Under the pieces are notes generated by a model that was given only the letters and a program-made list of their open reading frames with translations, was not told the origin of the DNA and made no database searches. Shown piece by piece: positions 1 through 13,562 of a stretch of 47,489 bases of DNA. The DNA comes from Octopus sinensis (taxonomy: Eukaryota): NCBI RefSeq assembly GCF_006345805.1, contig NW_021835153.1, forward strand, positions 1-47,489, read 5' to 3'. The position numbers and the translations under genes are program-made. Each line of letters begins with the position of its first letter. Within the stretch, counting starts at the first letter, position 1.

Positions 1-508
<508 letters not shown>

Positions 509-674
509 AGATATATGTGTGTGTATGATATACTTAGATATATCATATATATATTTGTTAGTTAATAAGTTCAAATTATTAAAGCATCAAGTAATGCATT
601 ATTATGCGTTAAGTGAGTTATCGTCATGGATTGACATCATAAACAAATACGGATTACTGAAGCACTGCGAAAAC

Positions 675-800
675 GTGTGACAGTGTGGTTAAGGTGTTGC
701 ACTCATGATCACAAGATGGTGGTTTCGAATTCAGGATCGGGTGATGCGTTGCACCCTTGAGCAAAGCACATTTTTTCTTGTTTTGCTTCTGGTCCATTTA
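675..800 (+). mobile_element. Decayed tRNA-derived SINE head (family C)
   Basis: GTGGTTAAGG A-box-like and GGTTTCGAATTC B-box-like motifs followed by ...CCCTTGAGCAAAGCAC, matching the heads at 16497 and 42411. Confidence 0.7.
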
Positions 801-1137
801 GGTGCAAAAGGGTATTATTTTAATCTTGGGTGCTAATACGCCATCGAAAGCGGGTAACGGCCTTTATAAGACCCAGGACTCAAAGCAGACTTTACTTTTC
901 AGTGAAACATTGGATAGCCGCAAAAAATATCAGCTTAAAAAAAAACACAAACAAAACTAAAACAATAAAGAAATAACTAAACAAAAACAAAACAAAAAGC
1001 ACATCCTGAACAACATGTATAGAGTATTTTTCTCACGGAAATATGCCCATACACACACCTATATGTCTGTATGTGTGTGTGTGTAGTGTGTTGTGTATGT
1101 GTGTGTGTTTGCGTTTCTCGTTATCATGGTGATGATT

Positions 1138-1735
1138 TATAATTTGGAAGAGGTGGTTGATACTTTCTCCATCATATTTACAACCAGTGACAGATTCGTT
1201 CGATAGATTTCTTAATGGAATCTGAGACAAGCAAAATACCAGAGGGGATAATTAACCTCCCTGTTAGACTCCTCTACTTACTATGGACGTAGGTTGGCTT
1301 TTAATTATCTTCCCTTTTGCCTTGTAGTGATATTGTAGTTTTCTATTTTGTCATGGTAAAGCTGATGTATTTTGTGTGTATTGGAGCGGCCCCATGTTCC
1401 AGTAGCAGCTCTTTATAGACATATAACCTTTCACTGCACCATTTCAGCTTTTTTGATGACATATTATTAACCACCATATGAGTAACCAGTCGGTGAGATA
1501 AGTACAGAGGCAAAGTTATAAGTCCAAGTTTTGGGATCTCTGGTGTTTCTGTTATGAGAATTTTGTTTGATTTTTGGCCACCAGCATCCTATCAGGCGTT
1601 AATTTTGATCAACTTTATCGAATGCCTACCACCTCCATTGGTCATGTATGTCGACCAAACTTTTCAGTTGCTTGCATTTCTGAATAATTGGCGAGTTCCT
1701 TGCCAGATATTGTACGCCACACTACTGATACAATT
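1138..1735 (-). mobile_element. Decayed reverse-transcriptase fragment of a Dong/R4-like non-LTR retrotransposon
   Basis: Minus-strand translation with frameshifts gives ..TRDPK..LITLP.., ..KYISFTMTK*KTTISL.. and SRGV*QGG*LSPLVFCLSQIPLRNLSNESVTGCKYDGESINHLF. This matches the R4-clade pattern RGIFQGDSLSPLLFC..PLS..LN..GY....INHL(LYMDD). Confidence 0.8.
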
Positions 1736-1736
1736 C

Positions 1737-1958
1737 TTATTTCTTTCTTGCCCACAAGGGGCTAAACATAGAGGGGACAAACAAGGACAGTCAAACGGAT
1801 TAAGTCGATTATATCGACCCCAGTGCGATTAAATCGACCCCGAAAGGATGAAGGGCAAAGTCGACCTCGGCGGAATTTGAACTCAGAACGCAGCGGCAGA
1901 CGAAATACCGCGAAGCATTTCGTCCAGTACGCTAAAGATTCTGCCAGCTCGCCGCCTT
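1737..1958 (-). mobile_element. SINE family A (tRNA-derived, GGCGGCGAGCTGGCAG head) with AAAGAAATA tail
   Basis: Reverse complement matches the full-length plus copies at 28052 and 34348. Confidence 0.92.
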
Positions 1959-2041
1959 ACAATTCTGTCAGTCCATCTGTCTGTAGTTCTGTCAGCGTGT
2001 CTGCTTGTGTCTGAGTGTCTGTGGGTCTGTGTGCCTGTGTA

Positions 2042-2079
<38 letters not shown>

Positions 2080-2134
2080 TGTGTGTGTATCTGTCTGTCT
2101 GTTTGTCTCTTTCTCTCTCTCTATATTCTTCTTT

Positions 2135-2408
2135 TTTCTTTTTTACTTGTTTCAGTTATTTGATTGCGGCCATGCTGGAGCACCGCCTTTAGTCGAACAA
2201 ATCGACCCCCAGGACTTATTCTTTGTTAGCGTAGTACTTATTCTATAGGTCTCTTTTGCTGAACCACTAAGTTACGGGGACTTAAACACACCAGCATCGG
2301 TTGTCATGCGATGGTGGGGTGACAAACACAAACACACAAACACACACACAAACACACAAACACACACACACACCACACACACACACACACAAACACATAT
2401 TCATAGAT

Positions 2409-2463
<55 letters not shown>

Positions 2464-2615
2464 CGACGGGCTTCTTTCAGTTTTCGTCTACCAAGGCTTT
2501 GTTTGGCCCGAGGCTACAGTAGAAGACACTTGTCCAAGATGCCATGCAATGGGACTGAATTCAGAACCATGTGGTTCGTAAGCAAGCTGCTTACTACACA
2601 GCCACTTCTGCTCCT
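2135..2615 (-). mobile_element. SINE family B with internal (CA)n/(TA)n microsatellite
   Basis: Matches the copies at 18056, 20857, 38660 and 45680 (GTGGCTGTGTGGTAAG head, AAGCCCGTCGT before the microsatellite, GGCGGTGCTCCAGCATGGCCGCA tail). Confidence 0.92.
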
Positions 2616-3144
2616 ATATAGTAGACATTTATTGAAAAACAAAAGACGAAGACAGGTGTATGAACAACAAACAAGTGTATTAGTCTGACGCTTCATCTGC
2701 CTTCACAAACGACCTTACTTTTTATTGAACTGAAGGGGTTCTCTTCCATATTCTCTCCCAGAGAATGCCTGATTTTGCATAATTTTGCGAGAATAAATTG
2801 TTTAAATACTTTATGTTTCTTTAGCTTATTTTCTTTATCTTAAATTGACAAACTCATATTTTTTTATTATTTGAATCCTTTTTGCTTCTTTACGTTTCAT
2901 TATTTGACATTTCCCATTTCGTCAAGTAAAGATGGATAATCTTTTGTTCAGTCTTATTGTATGTTATTTCAGTTATATATTTTGTGCCATAAATCACAAT
3001 ATAAAATGATTATTGCTACGTTTTGTTGCTCCTTTCATTTATGGGTTTTGGTGATGATGACGGATTTTGTCTCAAGTTTTACAAAGTGCTATGTTTACAC
3101 GTCCCTGCTGTTATTCAATTCGGATCGGATATTCTCTAACTCAG

Positions 3145-3372
3145 CCTCCTCCTCTTCCTCCTCCTCCCCACTCTCCTCTTCTTCTTCTTTTTCTTCTTTT
3201 TCTTCTTCTTCATCCTCCTCCTCCCCACCCTCCTCTTCTTCCTCCCGCTCCCACCCCTTCCCTCGCCCCCTCCCCTTGTCCCCTTTTTCTTCCTCCTCTT
3301 CCCCTTCCCCTTCCCCTCCTCCTTCTTCTTTCTTCTTCCTCCTCCTCCTCCTCCTCCTCCTCCTCCTTCATT
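3145..3372 (+). repeat. Polypyrimidine (CCT/CTT)n low-complexity tract
   Basis: About 230 bp almost entirely C/T. Confidence 0.95.
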
Positions 3373-3397
3373 ATTAAGGGGGCTTTATCATTATTAA

Positions 3398-3562
3398 GCC
3401 AGTAAAATCGTTAGCGTGGAGACAAAGTCCGTCGTCATTGATTTTACGTCTTATACTTTTGGAGTTAGATAAGTATCAGTCAAGTACAGTGGGGTGGGAT
3501 GGGTAGATGTAATCGACTTACTTCTGCCCCTTAAACTGCTGGATTTGTGTCAGAATTTGAAA

Positions 3563-3563
<1 letters not shown>
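3398..3563 (+). mobile_element. Decayed SINE family A with (ATT)n tail
   Basis: AATCGTTAGC, AAGTATCAGTCAAGTAC, GATGTAATCGACTTAC and GAATTTGAAAC-ATT motifs are shared with other family A copies. Confidence 0.65.
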
Positions 3564-3614
<51 letters not shown>

Positions 3615-4149
3615 GAGTGAGAGAGCAGTGCATGCCATCAAAGCGACACTGGGGTAAAATACACAAAGCCCAGTATACCCATCATGACTACCCTTCAGAT
3701 AAAGGCATCACAACCATATGTGCACGACATGGTGATCTCATATCAAGATAAACAGCACATGACCTTGTAGGCGGGGCCCAGTTAGAATTTTCTTCTGGTC
3801 GAGTAACCCATCCGCTCAAAAGGTCCCTGAATAAGGGTTGTTCAAGGATGTTGAACGAAACACCCATGTTTCCAGAGGTGAATTATTACACCCCCCCAAT
3901 CCCTTGCAACACATGGCTATGGTGCTTCCCCATTATTTCTGCTTGTGATCAGAGATGCACATATCGTCAGCCACTAAGGGACATGCTCAACTGGTTAAGG
4001 TCAAACAGCTTACAAGCAAATCTGTGGTATTGAGCAGAATATTTGCTGTAGCCCATCTATTATGCCAAGACAAAACAATGTACATGATATCACTTCCAAT
4101 CAGTTAAGATCAGGAGCCATGAGAGCCACTGCCTGGTACTGCATCAGGG

Positions 4150-4152
<3 letters not shown>
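3615..4152 (-). mobile_element. About 540-590 bp retroposed element ending in an (AAT)n tail, copy 1
   Basis: Near-duplicate of 4192-4737. On the minus strand it ends ...GATGGCATGCACTGCTCTCTCACTC(AAT)n; the same 3' tip recurs at about 45248-45270. Confidence 0.8.
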
Positions 4153-4191
<39 letters not shown>

Positions 4192-4737
4192 GAGTGAGAG
4201 AGCAGTTCATGCCATCAAAGTGACCCTGGGTAAAATATAGAAGCCAATATACCCATCATGACTACCCGTCTGATAAAGGTACACCAGGCACATGCATCAC
4301 AACCATATGTGCACGACATGGTGATCTCATATCAAGATAAACAGCACATGACCTTGCAGGTGGGGCCAGTTAGAATTTTCTTCAGGTTGAGTAGCCCATT
4401 CCCTCAAACGGTCCCTGAATAAGGGTTGTTAAGGATGTTGAAAGAACCACCCATGTTTCCAGAGGTGACTATTCAAACCCCAAAGAATCCCCTCAACACA
4501 TGGCTATGTGCTCCCCACTACTTCTGCTCGTGATCAGAGATGCACATATCGTCAGCACTAAGGGACATGCTCAACTGGTTAAGGTCAAACAACTGACAAG
4601 CAAATCTGTTGTATTGAGCAGAATATTTGCTGTAGCCCATCTTTTATACCAGACAAAACAATGTACATGATAACACTTCCAATCAGTTAAGATCAGAAGC
4701 CATGAGAGCCACTGCCTGGTACTGCATCAGGGCATTT
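4192..4737 (-). mobile_element. About 540-590 bp retroposed element ending in an (AAT)n tail, copy 2
   Basis: Same 5' and 3' boundaries as copy 1, with scattered substitutions and indels; separated from it by (ATT)n. Confidence 0.8.
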
Positions 4738-4772
<35 letters not shown>

Positions 4773-4848
4773 TTATTAATCATAATATCATCTATCATAA
4801 TCATCATCATTTTATATTATTATTATTATATTATTATTATTATTAGTA

Positions 4849-4879
<31 letters not shown>

Positions 4880-4888
4880 GTTATTATT

Positions 4889-4998
4889 CAGGTTTTATTT
4901 TTATAGCGTGCTTTCACTTCACTACCGAGCGCAGCTCTGTGTGCCTTGGTATGTGCTGTGATTTGTTGTGATGCTCTGATGGTTATTGTATGGAAAGA
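4889..4998 (-). mobile_element. Probable 3' UTR fragment of a Dong/R4-like LINE
   Basis: Abuts the (ATT)n tract at 4740-4888 in the same orientation as the other TAA-tailed inserts. Family assignment rests on recalled similarity only. Confidence 0.45.
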
Positions 4999-4999
4999 C

Positions 5000-5140
5000 A
5001 CCGGGGACGGAAAGACACGGGGACGTAACGTTTAAGGATGAAGAAGGAAAATACAGAGCTCCGAAATCTATCCACAAACATCGAAACAAGGACACCCTAT
5101 GGAGCCAAGATTTACTAACAAAGAATTGGACTATATCCGA
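5000..5140 (+). pseudogene. Candidate exon (acceptor missing) of an unidentified plus-strand gene relic
   Basis: Perfect donor CGA|GTAAGT at 5140/5141. The frame RMKKENTELRNLSTNIETRTPYGAKIY*QRIGLYP ends in phase 1, compatible with the next exon, and has one stop. Confidence 0.45.
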
Positions 5141-5248
5141 GTAAGTAATACGAATTGAATTTATTATTATATTATTATTATTATTATTATTATTATATTA
5201 ATTATTATATTATTATTATTATTATTATTATTTATTAGATTATTATTA

Positions 5249-5280
<32 letters not shown>

Positions 5281-5354
5281 TGGATCTCTTCACATTTCAG
5301 AGCAGTTGAGAATGATTAAGCCTCACATGTGACATTGGGTTTTTCTCTTTACAG

Positions 5355-5492
5355 AAGGAAAATTTCTTCAAATTCCAGCAATTCCAACTGTACACGTTTT
5401 TGCTCCATTTATGCTCCATGATTCGCTAGTAAAGTATTTGAGAAGACAGTTGAATAAGTTCTTGGGGTTATCGAGTACTCTAATATTAACAG
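5355..5492 (+). CDS. Candidate internal exon, 138 bp, phase 1-1, product unidentified
   Basis: Acceptor TTTTTCTCTTTACAG and donor CAG|GTAATG; open frame (K)GKFLQIPAIPTVHVFAPFMLHDSLVKYLRRQLNKFLGLSSTLILT. Confidence 0.6.
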
Positions 5493-5497
5493 GTAAT

Positions 5498-5728
5498 GGC
5501 AAAGTTTTTCTCGAGTCATGCTGACTCATAAGGGCCACTTTCCCGGTTTCCATGGTCCTGGAGGGGACTCCAGTTCGTCGCAGGATCTTTTGCCAGCTGA
5601 GTGGACTGGTGCAACGTGAAATGAAGTGTTTTGCTCAAGAACACAATGTGTCACCCGATTCAGGAATCGAAATCACAATCTTACAATCATGAGTCTAAAA
5701 CCCTAACCATTAAGCCACGCGCCTCCAC
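5498..5728 (-). mobile_element. SINE family C (tRNA head, ATCCTGCG..GGAAACCGGGAAA tail)
   Basis: The reverse complement has the head GTGGAGGCGCGTGGCTTAATGGTTAGGG and a tail like that of 42411-42669. Confidence 0.88.
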
Positions 5729-5773
5729 AATGTTAACAGGTACTTGTTAAGCTTTTTATTCATTCCACTCCAG

Positions 5774-6013
5774 AGGACGCTATGCTTGCTTTTGTATACA
5801 GGCTCTTTTTGATAGAAGACTGGCATAATCTGGGATCGATACACCAATAATAAACCATGTATTGACCCTTTTATTGCTTACGACTATGCCGATCAACTGA
5901 GTGACCTTGCTAAAATAATTTCCTTGATATGGTTGCGACGAAATCAAGACGTGTAAAGCGGGGAACCCTTCCTTATTATCATGGGTGGATTGCAAATGCA
6001 TAAGAACAATCAG
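5774..6013 (+). pseudogene. Candidate exon, 240 bp, with compensating indels; contains RVKR
   Basis: Acceptor TTTTTATTCATTCCACTCCAG. Removing one G from CTGGGAT and adding one A to GCTAAAATAAT gives EDAMLAFVYRLFLIEDWHNLDRYTNNKPCIDPFIAYDYADQLSDLAKNNFLDMVATKSRRVKRGTLPYYHGWIANA*; one stop remains and the donor (CAG|GTGCAC) is weak. Confidence 0.45.
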
Positions 6014-6179
6014 GTGCACATTTATGCTAAGATGTATAGTGTAATTTTAAGTTTATAAATTCATAGATATTGAAATGATGTTAAGCCCTCAAACGGGATT
6101 TTAAAGACTTCGTTATCAGGTTTCAACTTTGAATGCCAGAGTAATTTAACCCGCAGGTAAAACGCTTGCCTTTTTTGAT

Positions 6180-6335
6180 GTTTATGATCGCTCCACCTCC
6201 TAAAAATAGCAAACAAACCTATCTTCCTCAAATCATATCCTGCTATTAAAAAGAAAAGATTGCTTTCGATAATTTGGTCATAGATTTACTGTGTCTAAAA
6301 CAACAAAACGAAGACACAATGGGTAGAAAGCTTTT
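6180..6335 (-). mobile_element. Interspersed repeat family E (decayed)
   Basis: Reverse complement resembles 11565-11765, 39585-39790 and 40450-40660 (TGTATCTAGGA, GATTTGAGG..ATTTGGCTGCTATTTCTAG motifs). Confidence 0.6.
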
Positions 6336-6438
6336 CACTTTTGGTGTTCCAGATTAGGGATGATCCGCGATGAAGCAATGACCCGCGATGACCCGCGATG
6401 TTGATGAATCAAAAACAACAACATATGATGTTTGTTAC

Positions 6439-6869
6439 CATTGTGGCTGATATTGCCGCAGTTGTATAATTCCAGGTCACAACTGAAGTTGACCAAATCC
6501 GTAACGAAAGGCTTTCTTGCCGTGTCAATTCCGTCGTATATAATGTAAGACATAACACACTAAAAAAAAAAACAAAAACAAAAAACGAAAAAGAAACAAC
6601 AAAAAAGAAACAGATTATCTATATTTACTCTTCCTCTTTAAATCGGCAATTTGATTGCCATGTCTAACGGGATCTGTTACAGTTGAGCAACAATTTCGAG
6701 GATGCTTCTTTAGCTCAATTTGTGAAATTTTAGTGCCACGATAGACTACGTCACGGATCATTATATACTCAAGATCCTTCCACATAACTAGTAAAAGGGT
6801 TTTACTTGTGGGCTCATATATGTACTCAACTAGTGTTAGCTTAAAGCAGACACCAACTACATGATTCAT
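6439..6869 (-). other. Two candidate minus-strand exons (6869-6629 and 6559-6439) with a 69-bp intron; product unidentified
   Basis: CAACAG|ATG acceptor, 80 open codons, A|GTAAAT donor, a poly-T tract plus TAG acceptor, then the open frame CVMSYIIYDGIDTARKPFVTDLVNFSCDLELYNCGNISHN and a G|GTAACA donor. The phases mismatch by 1 nt, and a rival plus-strand exon (6353-6544) overlaps. Confidence 0.35.
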
Positions 6870-6944
6870 CTGTTGGTGAAAATTGTAATAGATCTTTTTT
6901 GATTAAATTAATCAACTCGCCATTGTTGTTCTTGTCGACTTCTT

Positions 6945-7118
6945 TCTTCTTCTTCTTCTTCTTCTTCTTCTTCTTCTTCTTCTTCTTCTTCTTCTTCTTC
7001 TTCTTCTTCCACTACCACCTCCATACCATCACCACCACGGCCGACGTCACCCTCCCTACCGCCGCCGCTACCACCGCCACCACCGCCGCTACCACCGCCA
7101 CCACCGCCACCGCCGCCG

Positions 7119-7204
<86 letters not shown>

Positions 7205-7257
7205 ACCGCTGTCACTGTTGCTGCTGCTGCTGCTACTGCTGCTGTTGCAGCTGCAGT
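6945..7257 (+). repeat. Compound trinucleotide microsatellite (TTC)n-(CAC/CGC)n-(TAC)n-(TGC)n
   Basis: Directly visible. Confidence 0.97.
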
Positions 7258-7368
7258 TATGATTAAGCTTAATATCAAAATTATTTCGGAAAAAAAAAAT
7301 TTCGAAACGAAAACATTATTAAAGAACGTACAAAAAAGTATGCATTATTATTGTTGCCGTTGTTGTTG

Positions 7369-7402
<34 letters not shown>

Positions 7403-7907
7403 AACTCCAATATAATATATTTATTAATAATAGCCATGAAGTTTTGAGTTAATAATATTCTTGTAATTAATCTTGTTGTAGTATTTATTTTTAAATATAA
7501 TTTTTGCTTGCTTGTTCTATTATATTCTTGTTTTTTTTTTTGGGGGGGGGGGGTTCTGTGCGTGTATATAATATAAAACCGTTTTATTATTCTCTTTACA
7601 CATTTAATTCTACATATACCAAATTATGTAAAATATAATTTTAATGAAAACTTGAATCTGCCAAAAAATTTCTGTGAATAAATAAAAATGAATAGAAACC
7701 GAAATCAGAAAATAACGACGTTGTAGAAAAGATGGTGATTTACTCAATGTGAAGAAAAAGAGGCAACGAAAACCATAAAAAAAAAAATTAAAAAAGAAAA
7801 AATGAAATACAAATGAACATTGTTTGATATATGGCCTGTGTTTTCCGTACCATATGCAGCATGCCTCTGAAGTGTACATGTTATTTGCTTATATGCTTTA
7901 TGTATGT

Positions 7908-8274
7908 ATGCACGTATGTATGTATGTATGTATGTATGTATGTATGTATGTATGTATGTATGTATGTATGTATGTATGTATGTATGTATGTATATGCATA
8001 TATGTATACTTGCATACTTATATATATGGACATATATGCACAGATATATGTAAGTACATATATATACACACATATTTGTATATATATATATATATATATA
8101 CTTATATATATATGTGTGGATGTATAAATACGTATATATATATATAATATATGTATGTGTATATATACACATGCATATATACACTTACATATACATAAAT
8201 ATATATATATATATACATATATCTATTTATACACACATATATATGTATATGCATATATATATGTATTATATATA

Positions 8275-8310
<36 letters not shown>

Positions 8311-8340
8311 TATATATATATATATATATAGTATATAGTA
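7908..8340. repeat. (TATG)n / (TA)n microsatellite field
   Basis: Directly visible; source of several spurious ORFs. Confidence 0.97.
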
Positions 8341-8468
8341 TTATATACTACATAATGAGTGTGTGTGTGTGCGTATTTACATTACGCTTATTTATTCAAA
8401 TTCTCACCCTTTCCATCGCTCGCAATATTCTGTACCGGTGTGTCTTTTTTGCACACTCACACACACAT

Positions 8469-8527
<59 letters not shown>

Positions 8528-9009
8528 ACCACACACACACTCATATACGCACACATGCCTTTTGTCTTTCATCCATCCATCCTTCTTTCCTTCCTTTCTT
8601 TCTCCCTTCCCTTCTTTTACTTTCTCTATTATTTCTTTGAAAACAAATACATTTTTCGAAAATAATTGAAAAAGAAAAGGAACGAAATAAAAATAAAGAA
8701 ATAAGTGTAAAAAAAACAACAACAACAAAACCAATAAATAGAATTAAAAAATAATAAAACAAAATGATAAAAAAATAAAGGCTTGATTTCAGTTTACAAA
8801 AGCTGAATACGTGATTTAAACCATTGAATCAGTTTTATCGAAAGCAAAAATCTCGGCTTACAAAGAAACTGCTATATTTTAAGTAGATCATTATATATAG
8901 GTTAGATTTAACCTCATTAAGAACATCACAAATTTCATACCGCCATTAACGACAGCTTACAAAAGTGAATTTACAGTCTGTGTACGTATATATATATATA
9001 TACATATAC

Positions 9010-9086
<77 letters not shown>

Positions 9087-9844
9087 CACACCATATGAAT
9101 GAATCGTGGGGTATATATGAATGTGTGTGTATCTTTGAATATAGGTATAATGAGAAACAAACAGAAGAATGACTTTCATATATATATATATATATGTATG
9201 TATTTATGTGTATGTGCAAAACATTTTTTCTTATTTCGAAAAATCGTTTGATTAAAGCAGAATAGTCACCAAAAAAATAATAAGAAGAAATAAATAAATA
9301 AACGTAAACATAAAATAAAAGAAAAGAAAAAGCAATGTTTTTATTCCTATTACATTATATTAGTGAGAGACATACGTAAATAAATTCCTGCGTATACTTA
9401 TATGTTTAAATGTAGGCACACACTCACACACATCGATATATATATATATATGCGTATATATGGATGGATGTATCTGTACACGCACAGATACATGCATACA
9501 CATATGTATAGCTATAAGTATTATTCATTGTATATGAATATAAAACAAAAAAATTGTATATGAATAAAAGTTCAAAGGATAAAATGAAGTGAAAAAAAAA
9601 ATAGAAGGAAAATTATTAATGAATAGTTCATTCTTTACTGCTATAATTATATTTCGAACAGAAAAAAATATTTTCAGCGTGCGCGCACACGCGTACACTT
9701 GTGAGAATATATACATATATATATATTCATATATACATATATATATATATATATATATTATATAATATATATATATATGAATATATATACGTTCACATAC
9801 AAACTTATAGATATAGAGGTAAATCTAGAGAAAAATACGTACTG

Positions 9845-9897
<53 letters not shown>

Positions 9898-10045
9898 CGC
9901 ACAGACAAATATATATATATATGTATATATATACATACATATATATATACATTATATATATATATATAATATCTATACACGTAAGTGGATAGACATCTCA
10001 AGATATACAAAAGGATATTCCTGTGAAAAATTAAAAATTATGGAA

Positions 10046-10104
<59 letters not shown>

Positions 10105-11564
10105 CATATATATACTCTGACGCACACACATATATTTATTTATTCAAAAACAATTTCTTTATATTGTATATTCGCACACATATTTTTTACCTTTCTATAG
10201 ACATTGTGAATATACGCTTTTTGTTATATCGTATAATTGCGGGAAAAGCTTTTATAACGAATTTGTAATTGCAAAGATTATATTTGCAACCATTAAGTAG
10301 CGTTGGAGCCAATCATATACACACACCTATACACCTACAAGCATGTAGATAGGCATATACACACACATATACACTTACTCTTATACTTTGTTCATTAGAA
10401 TAATGGGAGAGAATTTCTCGTTGATTTTTTGTTTGTGTATGTGAAGAGAGTGAGAGGGAGAGAAAGAGAGAGAGGAATGTAAAACCAGTAACAATAACAA
10501 CAACAATAACAACACCACCACCAGCAACAATATTTTAACAATAGCAAGTGTTACAGGAAATGTTTCCGGATGCGCACGCATCTACCATTAAACATAAACG
10601 CAGTAGACATGTTTTAATTTTCTGCGTTTTTCGAATTTTACTCTTTGTCTTTCTCGCTCTCACTCGCTCAGTCTGTCTGTCTGTCTCTCTCTCTGTGTTT
10701 CTATTTCTCTATCTTTCTTTGTCTCTATCTGTCTGTCTCTCTCTTTAATTCATACATACATACATACATACATACATACATACATACATACATACATACA
10801 TACATACATACATACATACATTCACTCGCTCCCACACAGAACCCAACTACACATATACACACATACAAATATGTACTTTATATTTATTTCACCAATTACT
10901 TACATCTCTATTGTTCCCAACACAATATCTAGTCTATAAGTATATGGTTTCAAATCAAAACTTGATAGATTGATCTTTCTGGCAGTTATTTATTCTACAA
11001 TGAACAATATTCTAAAAGAAGAAAGAAAAAAAAAGACTCAAAATTTCTAACAAAAAACATAAATACACACACACACACGCATGCACGCACACACTCATAC
11101 ACGCACACTCTCTCATGTACGCACACACACAAATAATATTAATGTAGATTTAAAATATAATAAAACAATAATAAATTTTCAAGTCAATATTCGATATAGA
11201 AAAGCAAAAAAACAAAAAAACAAAAGACAAAAAAAATGAACAAAAAACCCAAATATAATAAAATAAATTAATAAAAAAAATACTTAACACAACCGCCCCA
11301 CTCTGCTCTTTACTAAGTTGCTTATTCGAAATCAAATTTAATTATTGATTCAACAACAAATATGTCCAGATCAATGATTGTAAAACGTCAACGCAATCAA
11401 CGAATGTTGAAAATGTCCGTTACTCGACTTAAGATTAGCGAGATCGATTAATGAGATCGACTTTTGTCGTTGTTATGAGGCAGTGAAGCATTGAAAAATA
11501 TACTTAATACGAATCAGTAAAGAAGCCTTCAAGCCTAAGATGAATGTCTTTATTTGGTTAGGTT

Positions 11565-11765
11565 GTTGTTGTTTAGTACTAAGCTAAGAGAATTATGACC
11601 AAAGGTACACCTGCAATGGCCACCCTGTCTTCTATTTCAGACATAATGTATCTAGGACTATATTTTCTAGTGTGTCTTCCCATTCTGTTTTGAAAGACGG
11701 TATAGTCATAATTTGAGGAAGAACTTTGTCTTCTATTTTTAGCAGGTCGAATAATCACTTGAGTG
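11565..11765 (+). mobile_element. Interspersed repeat family E
   Basis: Shares CATAATGTATCTAGGACTA and ATTTGAGG..TATTTTAGCAGGTCGA with 39585-39790 and 40450-40660. Confidence 0.7.
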
Positions 11766-12101
11766 CTTTCTCTGCCCGATCAGCTTGAAAAAGACTTATC
11801 ATACCATGGACAAAGGGAAACAGTGGGTAATGTAGGCCTAGACGCACAATGCCTGAAGAAGATAATCTACGGTAAATCTTCAGCTGTGAGTTTCCAGTTG
11901 GAACTCCGCATTTTTGGTAGCATTAAAATGGTATGAATTTGATACGAATGGGAACATAAAATAGTTTATGATTTAGACACAAACCTATCAAATACGAGGG
12001 GCAGTTGTCAGTTGACATTATTGCTCCGAGTATTTAGTGTATTATATTCTATCGCCATCCGACAGATGAAGAGCAATCCTATATATATATTATATATATA
12101 T

Positions 12102-13357
<1,256 letters not shown>

Positions 13358-13371
13358 ATATATATTATATA

Positions 13372-13472
<101 letters not shown>

Positions 13473-13562
13473 CACGAGCAAAACGCCCCGTCCAATGGAT
13501 GGTGCTGAATTATATCTGCTGAATAACAGTAACAATATAATGCTTTCAAAAGGTAACAATAG

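Noticed and set aside
10548-10600. LQEMFPDAHASTIKH, reminiscent of a CUE domain start
   Set aside because: Too short, with poor splice context; likely chance.
11784-11871. 88-bp open segment with AG/GT borders (LEKDLSY..CLKKIIYG)
   Set aside because: It could be an exon or an RTE-LINE remnant (PKKILYG-like); the evidence is insufficient for either.
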